From contig BFEA01000002.1 of the NCBI GenBank assembly GCA_003427395.1, positions 3,012,899 through 3,060,683 of the forward strand: a DNA stretch of 47,785 bases, given 5' to 3'. Numbering within the stretch: the first letter of the stretch is position 1; every line of letters starts with the position of its first letter. Under the pieces are notes generated by a model, which was not told where the DNA came from, did not search any database, and saw nothing but the letters and a program-made list of their open reading frames with translations. The DNA is from Chara braunii. Its lineage: Eukaryota > Plantae > Charophyceae. Of the stretch, positions 34,300 to 47,785 are shown piece by piece. Both the position numbers and the translations under genes were made by a program.

Positions 34300-37200
34300 C
34301 GCCCTTGAAGGCGCGGTGTGAGATACTCGTGTGTGAGAAGAATTCAGTCGCCGTGAGAGAGGGCTCAAAGTCAATTGGTCGTTATTAGGGTCACGAGTTA
34401 CAGACAGTATATGTAACGCTGACGCAGCGCAGAGGGGTCAAACCCTGGAGGAAAGTGGTGCCTAGACTTTTTGATTGAGGTCATCTCGTAGGTTGGGTCA
34501 TGGTGTTGAACTCGACGAAATGAAACATGTGGAAAGTCTGCTCCTAAAACGCGTTGCGGGCGCTCTCCTCGTCATCTTGCTAATTTTTGAACGTTGCTTG
34601 GGCTTGTGATTGTTATCGACTGACTTTAGGATTCCACTCGCCATCTGCAGTCCACAATCAGACGCCGCAAAAGGTGTTAACTGGTCCGTGCAAATCCTAG
34701 TATGAACCAGGTCTTGAGTTGATTAATGGGGGACCGCTTAATAGCGAACTGCCAAGAATTTGATGTAAACGTCTTATGTTATTCACTGGTGTTGGAAAAG
34801 CTTTGTATCTGTAAGGGCTCCAATGAGCATTCGTGAGGAACTCTTACAGATAACGAGGAACTCAGAGATACGAAGCTTTTCCAACACCAGTGAATTGGAT
34901 TCTAGATATCCGTTGCCCCGTCTTTGGTTTAATTAAGCATCGCGAGTGATTAATGATGTTGTTGTTACTCTCATCTCGGTGCTCCTGCCTGAAAACGGGA
35001 AGATGCCTATAAGAATGGTCAAGAAAATAAGGGGGACTGGGCAACGACTGAGGGGAGTGAAATGCTAGTGGTTCACGCCTAGGGAACTGTGATTAGTGTC
35101 ACTCTGATGATCTGTCCTCTAGCCTTTGTTCGAGGTAACCGCACGTGTTTTGGGTTGTACTTGGCTCTGTACGAAGCTGAAAATGAGCTTTCTTGAATGT
35201 TGAAAGACATTGGTTGCCTGAGATGAGAACTCTTGGTTAGCAATATCAGTTTGGTCGCTGGTGCTTTTACAAGTACGGGCGTGTGTCATCTGAGTGGGTG
35301 ACTTATGAATCATTCGATAAGGGTTGACTCATGTGGTGTTACTTCTGTCGGGTCCAAAGGGGGCTAAGCTAGAGTCTCTCAGTCCATTTCCCTCACTAGC
35401 CTGCACGACCCTGTGAGGGTTCCATGGACGATCGGGCTGGAGGCTCATCTAAAACGAATCGATTATATCGTATTGTATTGATGTAAGAGTAAGTGATTGC
35501 ATAAGGTTTTTTGTGGTCTGGGACTATCGAGCTCATCATCCTTATCAGGTATCTGTAACGTTCCCTTTCCTGCCAAGTAGGCGTGCTTTACCTGATCAAG
35601 AAAAATCTCAAACTGAACCCAGCCCCACATAAGTGACCACTCAGTTGAGCCTGATAAACACCTACTTTATTCAAGATTTCTACTTGCATGGCCCTGTACG
35701 ACTCTTTCTTAAGTGGGCAGGAATAAAGCGATGCTTAGAAAAACAGTTTATCTCCTGGCGAAGTTTCTCCTTGATGGAGACTAATTGAAAGCATAAGGAT
35801 GGGAAACTCTTTCACTCTGATTGCAAAGGCTAAGGGTACTCTCTGGGAGAGCTAAAGAATCCTATTATGGATAAGTACAAGCCTACCAATACTAGGGCAG
35901 TAGTGGTGATCCTGCTCTACTGTTTGACTGCAATTATTTACAATGGCTGCTTCACTTTCAGTTTCAATGCTTTATGGGCCTTTACTAGGCCTGCATCTGG
36001 CCGCTCTCTACCCTGAGTGTTAGCGTAGCTTGTGCACGTACCGTGGGCAGAGCCTATGCTGAAGGTTCAGGCACGTTTCGTGTGGCCAAGAAAACAACCA
36101 CCCCTGCAACGTTTAACTATGGGAAGGCTCTTCCCTATATCCCTCTAAGTAGAGAACGGTATAAGACAATTGTCATGTGTCACTTGAGTGAGGACAAACT
36201 AATGAGAATTCTCAATGTGAAACACCAGCAGAAGCTTAGATCTCATAGTAATAGGGTGTCTATCCTCTTGCAAGTGATATGACAACATGGCGAAACGTCT
36301 AGGATGAGTCTGCGCTTTTACCATACAGAGATACATCTTTACCATTTACCCATCGTAACTCGTTTGATGAGGGAGTAAAACCCGTGTGGCTTGGAACTAG
36401 CTTTAGCAGCGAATTGCACCTTCCCGGAAATGACCAGGCATACTCGGTCAAATTCACCTGCCACATGAGGTTGGCTTCACCCCGTTCGAATGCTGCCTCT
36501 ACGGATGCCTTGGAACATCACTGAATCAGGAAAACTCTGAGAAGGCACCGCGGACTGAGGATTGTCCAAGGTTGTATCCAACCTGGTCTTACCGCATCGA
36601 CGAGACATGGATTTAATGATACAGTAGACATTTTGAGCAGAACGCCCTCAACGGTGACTGAGGGAGGTGACCCCCTTCTGATTGTTCCCACATTCCAAAA
36701 ACGTGTGGATGACAAATGAACAGAGGCCACTCCAAGTAGCGCCTTGTGCTTCTCGAAGAGCAACCTGCGCATTGCGAAGTCCACCCTAGCTTGCTAACTT
36801 GGAAGACTCTGAATGACACTCTGTTTTCGTCCTGGACAGGCGATACCACTATTAGTTGTACGCTGCTCGGAGTTGATCATACCCACTGTGTCGTGCCTGA
36901 GCTCCAATTAGGTCTTCCAACTAGACTCGTACTAAAATGAAATCATACACCGATAGAGACGGGGTTTAGCCGCGTCTCGTCATACTTCCTGACAGGGGGA
37001 TCCAGTGGCAATGCACTGAAGATGAGTAAAACTTCGTCAACTGTTATTCCCAGTGCAGAGGATTGGTAAAACTTGTGCTCTCTTTCCCAACAAAATTAAA
37101 TAAAAGTGTGCCTCATGAGGGAAGAACTATGTACAACAAAGATGTTCTTATGATGCCTTGTACCCTTCATCAAGGCAAAGCATGAGGATGGGAAGGCAAA

Positions 37201-38600
37201 TTTATTGAGGCCATCTTACGTGGATCATATGAGAGAGAAAGTTGCAGTGCTGATAAGAGACCACACACTTATTGAGTGCGTCTTGTACTTCCTTGACCCG
37301 GACGAGAAGTCACACAGCACTTACTCATCCATCGAGACCGACCAAGCCAGGTCGAAGCTCGATAGAGCGTGAAGGTGTTCAAATCACTCTGTCAAAAGTT
37401 TTATTAACACTTCAATCAACGAGAGTCATTCAGTAATTTGTGCTTTTTCTCAATAACCTTGTTGTCGGGTGGTAGACATGCATTAGCTTTTACCATCGCT
37501 CGTTTCGAAGAAATTATCAGAAAACCCCAACTAAGATCAATCGTCATTTCGACCACTTTCATCTGTCTTAGAGATCGATATCAACCAGGCAGCGCCCCCA
37601 TCGAAAGACTCTGAGATGAGTATCAGCATCCACCTCTACACATGAGTGCAGTTCAGTCATCCCTGATCAGTGAGTCGGTATTGACCACTTATTGACCACT
37701 CTCAACCAAATCTCCTTAAGTCAGTTGTCACCCTGCAGATCAGATCTCGCATCAACATTCCATCAGCGGTGGCACACAACCCGCGTAGAAGTGTTCAACA
37801 GTTACTAAACATCCTAATTAACATCAACGGTTTTGAGTCTGAGAGCGGCTTCCCACTTTGAGTGTGGAGCCCACCAAAGCCATCTGCGGTCTATCCTGTT
37901 CACTGCCTAAGTCTTGGAGTGTGGAAGAAATCATAAAAGAAGATGAGGTCCTAGGGATGAAATTCAGATCTAACAGAGATAAGAAGGAGGGATGGGAAAA
38001 ATAGGCATGTCAGGATATGAATTCACATAAGTAGGTACAGAGAGAATGTGTAGTTAGGATAATCGGAGAAAAGAAGTATGTTGAATATGTTTTCGATTTT
38101 TATGATCGCAATGGCAAGTTGCATCGCACTGGCTCGTTACTAGAAACGGTGAACAGGTCAGGGCTAAACTCGGGTGAAGTAGAGTACTCATTCTCTCTCT
38201 TTCAAAGACCTCATTAGCAAGGTACTCAACAAGCAATACTCGTCACCCAAGCTCCCCCTCCCTCGGTGTCAAACAGTCAGTAACCAACAGGTCAGCGAAC
38301 GGATATCGTACAGTTTCCGATCATCCAAGACATTGTCAGTGGTAAATAGCCAAAGTTGATTACAACCATACTAGCATCAGTGTTACACGACCAGCATACT
38401 ATAAGATCATCTTCAATCGGACTTCATCATTATTATGTTCACTCTCTGCAACCTTCCTAGCACATGAGTGTCATCAACTCATTCCCAGTCCACTAACCAG
38501 TCTCAGCAGGATTGTTTCCAATGATGTCTTTTAGTATTAGTATATCAGTGCAATTGGCTTCAAACAAAGAGAGTTATCAATATTTGGTGTCCTCACTGAA
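34300..38600 (-). mobile_element. Highly degraded Ty3/Gypsy-like pol remnant (boundaries uncertain)
   Basis: LMWQVNLTEYAWSFPGRCNS (~36410-36470) resembles the RW..L.EYDF..Y.PG..N end of RNase H. FEKHKALL...VTVEGVLLK (36518-36784) resembles the RT-RNase H connection. No long ORFs. Confidence 0.45.
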
Positions 38601-39902
38601 TTTGCAGAAGGTACCATCCATGACTTCAAAACTTGTGTGAAAAAAGGCAAAGAGCCTCATGAACGCTTTGATTCAGTCTAGATCACGGCAGCCAGATACC
38701 TTGAGGAGAGAGAGAGAGAGAGAGAGAGAGTTTGATGAGAGTGGGACAAAGCTGATTTGTAGCTTCATACCTAAACTTTACACTGACTACCCTAGACCTT
38801 TAATTCCCTTTCTTCTCACAGATGGCTCTTGCTGGGGTGACTTGGTAGATTTGGCCAAGAGGTATATCTCCCCTACAGACGAGGGATTTTCTCTCAGCCA
38901 TATCTCCTTACATTATGGGAGGAATTTTGTGTTATGGTTGACTTCCGTATCATGGGTCTTCGATGAAAGTGTTCAGAACTCGCAAGTTTTAGGTGGCTCT
39001 ACATCCAGAAGCCACAATCTCAAAAAGTACATAGACGTGGCCCAAACCACAATAGAAACACAACCAAATAAGAGATTGAGAATGAGACTTGAGAGGGATG
39101 AGTGAGGACTCTTGATGAGTGTCGACCAATAACCATGTCTATTCATCTGTATTTTCTGAGACTATTATGAGTTATCACGTTTCCGTCATTCATCTTTGTT
39201 TTTGCCTTGAGTCAGTTTGTCCTGGTTTCTTGCACCGATTTTGCCTTGACTTTGCTGATGTTATGTTTGTTGGATGATCTTGTCACAGTTCTCAAAATTA
39301 GTAAATCGGCGGAATTGATATAGGCATAGCACACCAAATTTTCATAATTATCATTTGCATGATTTTTGCTGTTCTGAATCAAAATAAAAGATTCCTAAGA
39401 TCAAGGACCGGCGAAGCCCGCAACTGAAGGGTCTCACTCGAAGCCGAACACACACAACAGGAAGGGATATGCATTATTTAATTTATTTTATTTATTGCAA
39501 AACTCTATAAAATCTTGCGTGACAGCCTATTGACTTTCTAGTCGCCGGAAGTGGCCTGACTGCAATAAGTGCGATAGTGCGCCCTCGTGCAAGCGCCAGC
39601 AGTCCCGGTCACCATCGCGCGCGACCTGACTACCAACTGGCCTAGCTCAGTTGGTACACCCATGAACTGGCGAGCTACAGACCTCAATCCGAATTCAGAG
39701 GGAATCGGTTAAGAGTTAAATAGCCCTGAATAAACCTGGAAAAAAAAAGACTTGGAGCCAGTCGGTTCGACGAGGATATCTCAAGGCTGTTGCAGTCACT
39801 CTTTCCAAATAAATAAATACAATTGATTACCCCATCTGAACAAGTTTATTTTCCAATATCGAGGCATGAAGACCGTTGATGTATTATGTTTTCGGTTATT
39901 TA

Positions 39903-40220
39903 TTAAACCACCAGTACTTCCTAAAGTTACAGTGGTTAACAAGCCGTGACAATGATGAACGTACGGGGCAAATTGGGGAGCGCCCAAATTCATCCGACTT
40001 GAAACGCTTCTACGTTATTTTTTCCGACGACTGATGTATAGGCCAAGTACTGCTGCAAGTACATGGCCCCAGCCTTGCATGAAGTTTTTGTCCCACAAGC
40101 AAAACTTGGAGGGGCCACGCGGCTTGGGGCGCCGTTGAAAAAAAAAATCGACAGCCTCCGAAGTGGTGCAGGTTTTGTGCTCACACCCGCGGGTCGATGT
40201 GCGGTGTACTGGTGCTTCAA
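39903..40220. mobile_element. Non-autonomous TIR element at a TTAA site
   Basis: ttaaaccaccagtac ... gtactggtgcttcaa; the same terminus occurs at 25944 and 40808. Confidence 0.6.
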
Positions 40221-40454
40221 CGGTTCATTTCCGATCCCCGGAACATGGACCTGTTTGCTAGCAGAAAAAATGGAAGTCTGTAGTTTTTTCAACTTTTCTA
40301 TCATTCTACCGTAGATTGTTCAACTACAGAAGTTTCTCTTGAACAAAACCTTGTCGCCACTAGATTTGTCAGTAACTCCCTCTCTTTTTTGTTCCCTTCT
40401 AAGTTTTTTTTTTTTTTTTTTTTTAAGCTATGTTCTTCTCTCAATTTCACCTCA

Positions 40455-40680
40455 CACTACCTACCTACCACTACTCAAATTTGTCGGCATACGGGAACTG
40501 TGGTGACAAGAGAACATGGGGGGGCTGCTCCCGACCTGCAGGTGGGCGATACCGGCTAGGGGACAGCCGGTAGCATCAGGAACTATGCCAAAAGGACCAA
40601 TCCCTGTGCCTCCCCTCAGGTCCCCTCCCCTACGAACATCAGCAGACTCTGCTCAATGCCGATCGGGGGATCCAGTGGCG
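40455..40680 (-). mobile_element. 5'-truncated copy of the SINE-like element
   Basis: Shares gcaggtggg.gataccggc.aggg..cagccggta.catcagg and gaacatcagcag.ctctgctcaatgcc with 20370-20545. Confidence 0.7.
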
Positions 40681-40807
40681 GGGTGGAAAGCAAGGAATTC
40701 CTCACAAACAACCCGTTCCTTTTTTCTTTCTTTCTTCTTCTTTATTTTTCTTTTTTATTCTATTGGGACTACATTGACCAATCCATTTTCCCTAATTTTC
40801 CCTGAAG

Positions 40808-41183
40808 TTAAACCACCAGTACGTTTCCCAGCGATTTTGCAGAAAGATGTTAAACATGTATGCTGTATGTTGACCAGTCCATTAGACCTTCCATGAATTA
40901 CCCAGCAGCCCTTTCTCTGCCATTTACACTGATTATGGGCCTCCGGGCGCTACTCAAGAAACGAGAAAAAGAGTGAGTCTGTCTTAAACCACCCGCCTGA
41001 GTACTTCCGAGGCACTTTTCCCAGGGGCTGGAAACGCCCTGCACGCCAAAAAAAGACAAACCGGCGAGGGACTCCTTTTGGCAGGTGCCGCCAGCCATTT
41101 TACTCTGGAGGCCAAGCCCCGAGAGTTGCAGCAGCGCGCAAGCCGCGACTTTGAAAAAATGGTTGGGAGACGTACTAGTTTAA
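40808..41183. mobile_element. Non-autonomous TIR element flanked by TTAA (Kolobok/piggyBac-type target)
   Basis: ttaaaccaccagtacgtttcccagcgattttg / aaaaatggttgggagacgtactagtttaa. Confidence 0.65.
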
Positions 41184-41518
41184 GATAGAAGGTGGCCGTG
41201 TACATCTGTTACTATGAGTACTACCAGGTACTACACCTTGCCACCTACTGTGTAAAGAAGGATGCGCTCACAGATTTTCTCCTTTTATGAGTACTACGGT
41301 CAGACCCTATGTCAACCTTCCCAAAGATACGGCAACGAGCCCACGTGCGGTAAGGTATGTAGCCCTGAGGAGCAAGCGATGCACAGATGATGTAGAGTTA
41401 CAGTAAGGCCCTTTTACTTGTTTTTTTTCTTGCTTCAATCTGTTCATGGGGAGCATCACGTGCTGGGAATCGGGCCCAGCATCCCTCACAGAGATTATTC
41501 AAGCTTTCTATATTTAAC

Positions 41519-41741
41519 GGGGGCTCTTACCCGCCTTCAGCTTGAAGCTTCAAAAAAGTCTTCAATCTTCCAGAAGATACGGCGGCGACACCACGTGTTG
41601 TCACTTAAAGGCATGTGGGGCTGAGGGGGCCCTTACCCGCCTTCAGCTTGAAGATTCAAAAAAGTCTTCAATCTACGTCAACCTTCCAGAAGATACAGCG
41701 GCGACCCCACGTGTTGCAACTTAAAGGCACGTGGGCCTGAG
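41519..41741 (+). repeat. ~106-116-bp tandem duplication
   Basis: cttacccgccttcagcttgaag.ttcaaaaaagtcttcaatct...cttaaaggca.gtggg.ctga occurs twice. Confidence 0.9.
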
Positions 41742-43090
41742 GACCCAGCAATGTACAGACAATGAAGAAGCACGTTCGCACAAAAGAAAGAAATTGAGGA
41801 GAGAACAACCTCCGCCATAACTTGGCAATCTTGTGCTGCAAAAATGAAAGAAAGGAAGGCACGTGATGTCATGCACTCATGTCAGAACATACGAGGAATG
41901 TGTCAGATCCTATGTGCTGATGATGTAACTGGAAAAGGGTCCAGGAAAAAAAAAAAAAAAAAAAAAAGAAGAAGAAGAAGAAGAAGAAGAAGAAGAAGAA
42001 AGGGTCCAGGCTTCTGACAAAGATTGACAAGGGAATGCGAATGAACACCAGACGCACTGGTAAGAAGAAAAGCAATTAGTACGGAAAAGACAAATATACG
42101 ATCATTTTAAATTAGACATCATTACGGTTTTATATACCACCAGAGATCTGAAAAATCACACTGGATCAGGTCCTGACTGGTGCAAATTGGAAAGATGGCC
42201 CTCAACCTATCTATCTCGCCGTAAAAGGGCGCTGCACAATCTGCATTTGGTAGTGGCTGGCCTTCACAGGTTGTTTGTCTCAGTCCCAATGTGTGGCAAA
42301 TTACACTTGCTGGCTTCAGCAGCCAATTCACCTAGGGCTGCTTGGCCAAAGTGGTCCTTTCGGCCGTGGGCTCCTTCTTCCCCGAAAGTCCTCCTCATAA
42401 CTGAAGTGCATACCCACATATCCTTAGCAAAGGTTCACACATGCTCTGGTCATTTCATGTGATTTACGAAACCCACCAAATATAATCATTGTACCATCGA
42501 TGCCGACAGCAGCCAGGTTTGAAGTCCACACATGAAATGCAAATCATCCCAACTCATGCCAAAAGAGGGGGATAAGCAAGGTAACCGTTGCATAAGCAGA
42601 AGCAGGATTACTTCCGAAAACACCGGTATCTTACCTCCCTCTCCTCCTCGACCCATTCGATCATTCCTTTGCATCAGCATCACCAAAGATCGACGAAGAT
42701 TCACAATTCGATTTGACGATGAGCAACTCCGCCTGACAAAGTCGAAAGAAGAGAATGAGATGGAGAGGAAAAATGAAGAGACAAGGAATCAAGAAGTTAA
42801 TGAAAACACTCAACCAATACTTCTTCTCCTACTACTACTTATTCCTCTTCTTTCTATTGTCAACCTCCTCCTGCTAATCCATCAAGGTAAGAGTAATCCA
42901 TCCTCTCTCCGTCAGCATTCGTCCTACAACTACTCAGATTCTCCCCTAACATGATGGCGAAGGGCCAAACAGCTTTTCCCAAAACGATGCCCGGAACTCG
43001 CCCTGGGCTCCCACCACGTAGAGCTAACCCAGAAGATGAAGACCTGATGAAGGGAGGTGAACTTTCTCTTTCAAGAATGATCTTTGTAGC

Positions 43091-43292
43091 CTCCTACTCT
43101 CCTGAAGTACTAGCTTGTACAGTTGTAGTCACAGTCACAACTCAAAGAAGGGCAGCGGCATGGCTACCATGTGTCCTCCCTACTGTCCTGAAGTACTACC
43201 TTGTGCATGCTGGGCTCACAGTTTCCCTACAACAACTGTAGTCGCATTCACAACTCCAAGAAGTGCAGCGGCATGGCTACCATGTGTCCTCC
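43091..43292 (+). repeat. Imperfect tandem duplication
   Basis: cctact.tcctgaagtacta.cttgt...gcagcggcatggctaccatgtgtcctcc occurs twice. Confidence 0.8.
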
Positions 43293-43667
43293 ATGTTTAA
43301 CAAGTGCAGCAGCCTCTGGAGGAATCGAAACAGCGAATGACCTCCGGAATCAGAACTGCTCAAGAGCTCATTGGAAAGGGGTAATTGGTGCTTGAAACAC
43401 TTGAACTTGCAAGTAAAAGTGTGAACCCAGGCATTACACATGCTCACTGCTGACACTGCTGAGTCAATGGCAGCATGTGGACTTCCCTGTTGTTTCAGTG
43501 CACTACTAAGGATCATTGTCTGTCTGTCCCATGCTCTCCTCTCCTCTCCTTTCCTCTGAGTTTCCCCTACCCTCCCCTACCCTACCCTCCCCTCCCCTCC
43601 CCTCCCCTCCCCTCCCCTTCGTTTCCTGTTGGCGCGGTGCTCCTCTCCTCTAAGTCTCTCCTCCCCT

Positions 43668-43698
<31 letters not shown>

Positions 43699-43958
43699 TC
43701 TCCCCTGTCCTCCCCTCCTCTCCCGTCCTCCCCTCCCCTCCCCTTCTTTTACTGTTGGCACGGTGCACTATCAAGGATCATGGTCTGTCTGTCCCATGAT
43801 CTCTCCTCTACTCTCCTTTCCTCTCCCCTCCCCTCCCCTCTCCTCACCATCTTCTTTTTTTCTCTCTTGTTTTTTCTTAAGGGGTTTGTTGAGCTTTTCA
43901 AACTCGTAGGGTTCCAGACACAACCCTGTCGGCAGAAGGGTCAGAACCTTGACCTGTG

Positions 43959-45270
43959 TGTTATGTACCCGATTGAACTTCAGTGATTTCACACGTTCCC
44001 ATTCACGCATGCAATTGCAGAGTAGACTGGGAGGAGGCAAATCCACACAAAACCAGAGAGGAGATATGAACAGCGAAAGTGCAGAATACAGAGAGAATAG
44101 AAAAATGAATCTCAATTCTCCAATCCCCCCTCCTCCTCCAATCAATCCAGAGTACTTTTTCCAAGAATCACAACCACGTTGTCAACAACCCCGGACAGCC
44201 AAAAACAAATACTCAGCGAAGTATGCAGGAGTCTTCGTCTTCCTCCTCGCCACCTCATACCCCTGGCTATGGCTGCTGTAGCAGCAGTAACCCCACAGCT
44301 GTCACAAGGTGCCAATCTGAACCAGCAACCCAATGATAGCAGCGCCTGCTCAGCGTTCGCACGGAAGTGCAACGCTGGAAGTCCTGATGAAGAAGGAGAC
44401 AACCGATCCAGCACTTCGGAGAAAATGAAGTTCCTCGTGAGGAGGGACAGCAGATATGGCTGCCAAGTGGAGAATGGCAGCGCCCAAACCCAACAACACA
44501 GTCCTGTGGAAGCTCTCATGCGGAGCTGCGAAATAGCAGCAGTGCAGTCTTCAACTTCATCTCCCAACCCCAGTTATGGCTGGGCTTCGAGGAAGAAGAT
44601 GACCTCGCCCAAAATAGCGAAGCGACACTCCAGCAACGGAAGGGCAGAGTTTCCCCAGTCAACAGAAGATGCAAAAGACCCCAAACTAATTTCCTGCCCG
44701 CTACTTCTACCCTCTGCCTAGACCCACGAGGGACTCCAAACGCAACAACCCAAGACTCAGGTGTATCTAGATGGAAACAGGGGGAAAAGGGGACCTAGAC
44801 CTATGACAAGGCAAAAGGAAAAGGCCGAATGGCCTAAGACTACCAAACAGAGACTACTAATGGCAGACTCAAGGATCAACTCCCATAGGGCGCAACACTT
44901 ACAAACAAAACACACAAGTTACAGATCACGGGATCGAGTCCTGCAAAGCTCAAAACAAGGAAACAACACAAACAGGGCAAAACGACAAACACATCAAAGC
45001 AAGGTTGCGGGATTAAGTCCGAACAACGACAAGATGGGCAAATTTAGAATAAAGCCCACTTGCAGCACTGCAATTCATTGCATTCCTACCCTCCCGGGGA
45101 GCGAGGAACCCGAGCTAGGAGTGTCCACAAGGAGACCGCCTGGGCAATTTCCCACTTTGCTCAGCCTCGTAGAACCGCACGACTGAATTTGAAGACTTGA
45201 AAAGTTCCTTTCTTGTAAACCAACAGTCCTCGGTATGAGGCTGGAAAAGGAACTTGATAAGATACTCACA
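43959..45270 (-). repeat. Probable 3' LTR of the Gypsy element
   Basis: Starts right after the integrase C-terminus; termini tgttatgtac...gatactcaca (TG..CA, weak inverted repeat). No second LTR in the window and no clear polypurine tract. Confidence 0.4.
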
Positions 45271-47690
45271 GTTGGGGCCTGTGCCCCACTGATCCTCAAT
45301 GCTTTCGACTCCATATCCCTTTCCAGGGATCGGAGGCCTAACTGTTGTGGCCGATCAGGGAATGCGTCAGCAGGACTGAAAGGCAACAACTTTGAAGCAT
45401 GGAAGACAGGATGGGTCCGATGTGTGGGGGTACAGCGAGGACGTAAGAGGGTCCAAACAGATCTGCCCCTACACTATCAACAACCTGCCATGGACCGTAA
45501 TAGACAAACAACAACTTTTGTGAGATGTCGTGTTCATCAGTTACTTCTGATCGTCTTCCGTGATTTGAGCAAGTTAGCTCTGGCCTTTTCTCAATCCTTC
45601 TCATAGTTCCTGGCGAATTCGGCAGTGTTAGGGGTTAATTTGGGCTTAGCCTTATCGATAATGCTATCGAGAGGTTGTCTAGGGTCTCTACCCTAGTGCA
45701 ATCTATAGAGGGTGAAACCGGTCGTACTATGAGCAAAAGCATTGTATATGAGTTGTGCCCTGGATAGATGTTTGTCCCAATCATGTTGATCTGTTGTGAT
45801 CACAGGGCGCAATAACTGAAACAAGATATGGTTCATCACTTGAACCTGTCTATTGGTTTGCGGATGTCTACCAGATGTCATATCTAATCTGGAGTGGAGA
45901 TAATCCTGACACAAGGATCGCCACTCATCACTGCAAAAGTGCGGGTCTCTGTCACTCACAATAGAGGTTGGGTGTCCATGGACAGTCACCCACCTCTCAG
46001 CGAATACCTCTCTAAGAAGAGGCACTCTAGCCTCAGCAGACAGTGGGATAAACTCTACATACTTAGAGAATCAGTCTACACATACCATTACTTGTCTCAT
46101 CCCTGGAGGGGTGCTCTTGCCTAAGTTAGTAAAGTCTATCGACACAGACTCACCCAGACCTTTAGGGATTGGTAAGCAGTCTCATAGGAGGTCTCGACCT
46201 TCTTCCTTTGGCACAGTTCACATGTCTTTAAGTAGTGGAGTATGTCCTCGCTCATTTTTGGTCAGGTGAAGCGCTAGATCAGGGCAGCATAAGTCGTCAA
46301 AAACCCAACTTGAAAATGAACATCATGACTCTCTGAAATCAGATAAGTTATGATTTTGCGATCATCAGGGATACACAGGCTTTCCTCACCTTCACTTATG
46401 GTATACAGGAGGTCTGAAGTCAAGGCATAACCTGGCTTGGAATTGGGACCGGCCTGCAAATTCCTAACAACAGGGCCAAAGATAGGTTGTTGAGCCAACG
46501 CATCAGCAATAGCCTATCGAGTGGAGTCTCCAAACGAGTAGGTACGAGCAATGGCAACAAAAGTGTCAGGCCTACGAGAAAGTGCATCAGCAACTCTGTT
46601 ATAACATCCCTTATTGTGCTTCAATTCAAAAAAAAAAAAAAAAATCTAGAATTAAATAGTCATTCTATAATAAATATACATTCTAAAATTAAAATTTTCA
46701 TTCCATCTTAAAAAATGTCATTCAACTTTTAATTTTTTGCCTTACTTGAAAAATTTTATTCCAAAAATGGGGAATCCCTTCTTGTTTGAACGACATACTA
46801 GAGATAGAATGAAAGTCTTAATGAGTTTATCAATTTTTTTAATTGAACTATCATTCTACTAAAAGGAGTTCCAGTCGTAAATAAGTTAATCCAATATTAA
46901 TTATGAGATTCTTTTATAGTACAATGAAAGTTTTATTAAGACATTTCATAAACTCATCCAGACTTTCATTCCATCTTCAACGAATAGATGTACTTAGAAG
47001 GAAAAATTCGTATTTAAAGGGAAATTTGTCAAACTAAACTGTAAATTTTACAATTGGAAGGACTTTGGAATGATAATTTTGAAATATAAAGGATTTTTTT
47101 TTAATGTAATGTTTTTTTAACTTTCATTTCTTGTGGGAATTATTATGTTGAAGTTAAAAGAGTTAATGAAATGAATGTTCCTTACCAACTTATCATTCAG
47201 CTCCCCCCTAGGTCTTCATCCACTGCATGGTCGAATGGTCATAATAGATCTTAAAGTGTCTTCCTAGCAAGAAGTGTTTTCATTGTTTCAGGGCACACAC
47301 AAGGGCAAACAGTTCTTTCTCATAAGTACATTTCTGGATCTTTTGAGCCTTGATCTTCTTGCTCATGAACTCCACAGGCTTAAGGCCAGACCCCTCATCT
47401 TGCTGAAGAACCGACATCAGTCGTCAACACAAATGGCATGATAGGGTCCCCTCCCTCCTCCTTGCTTCTAGAAGTCTCCCTTCGTAACCCCTCGACCTCC
47501 TCACCCTTGCCTTCCAAAGACTATGAAAGATTTCCCTCCCTCTGATGATGCCCCACGTGGCACGGGGCAGAAAAGCGCTTTAGGGATATTCCACGCCCTT
47601 CCTCAGGCTTTCTGCAATTCGGCAAGATGATCCGTGTGGACACAGGAGCACACCAGGATTTGGAGGATAGAGTTGAAGTAGGGTTTCGAT
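45271..47690 (-). mobile_element. Ty3/Gypsy LTR retrotransposon pol remnant (RNase H, integrase), disrupted
   Basis: KPVEFMSKK..TYEKELFALVCALKQ (RNase H); NRVADALSRRP; ISESHD (zinc-binding); HGHPTSIVSDRDPHF...TSGRHPQT (rve core); YYGPWQV (GPY/F module). The RNase H-before-integrase order indicates Gypsy. Confidence 0.9.
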
Positions 47691-47692
47691 TC

Positions 47693-47785
<93 letters not shown>
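47693..47785 (+). repeat. (CT)n microsatellite
   Basis: Direct inspection. Confidence 0.95.

Noticed and set aside
39639-39700. tRNA gene
   Set aside because: Only the A-box/D-arm-like part is present, with no cloverleaf or T-arm; treated as a SINE-like head.

Overview
This is eukaryotic nuclear DNA with no intact host gene that I can recognise. It is almost entirely transposable elements, microsatellites and one assembly gap (21604-22228). A plastid-type odpB/pdhB fragment and a plant-type RPS10 retrocopy suggest a streptophyte green alga (inference). Main contents: (1) a near full-length L1/Tx1-like LINE on the minus strand (~563-10900), with ORF1 (zinc knuckle plus an unusual C-terminal domain) and ORF2 (APE endonuclease, RT, CCHC, long C-terminal extension), and at least five 5'-truncated relatives; (2) about 17 copies of a conserved structured 3' RNA module of these LINEs (hairpin + H-type pseudoknot + terminal hairpin with conserved loop), supported by compensatory base changes, which is the most interesting signal here; (3) an RPS10 processed pseudogene fused head-to-head to a truncated LINE; (4) tRNA-headed SINE-like elements; (5) several MITE/foldback families (TTA, TTAA, TA and ~9-bp target types); (6) two decayed Ty3/Gypsy elements, one carrying a very AT-rich insert; (7) a nuclear plastid-DNA fragment.
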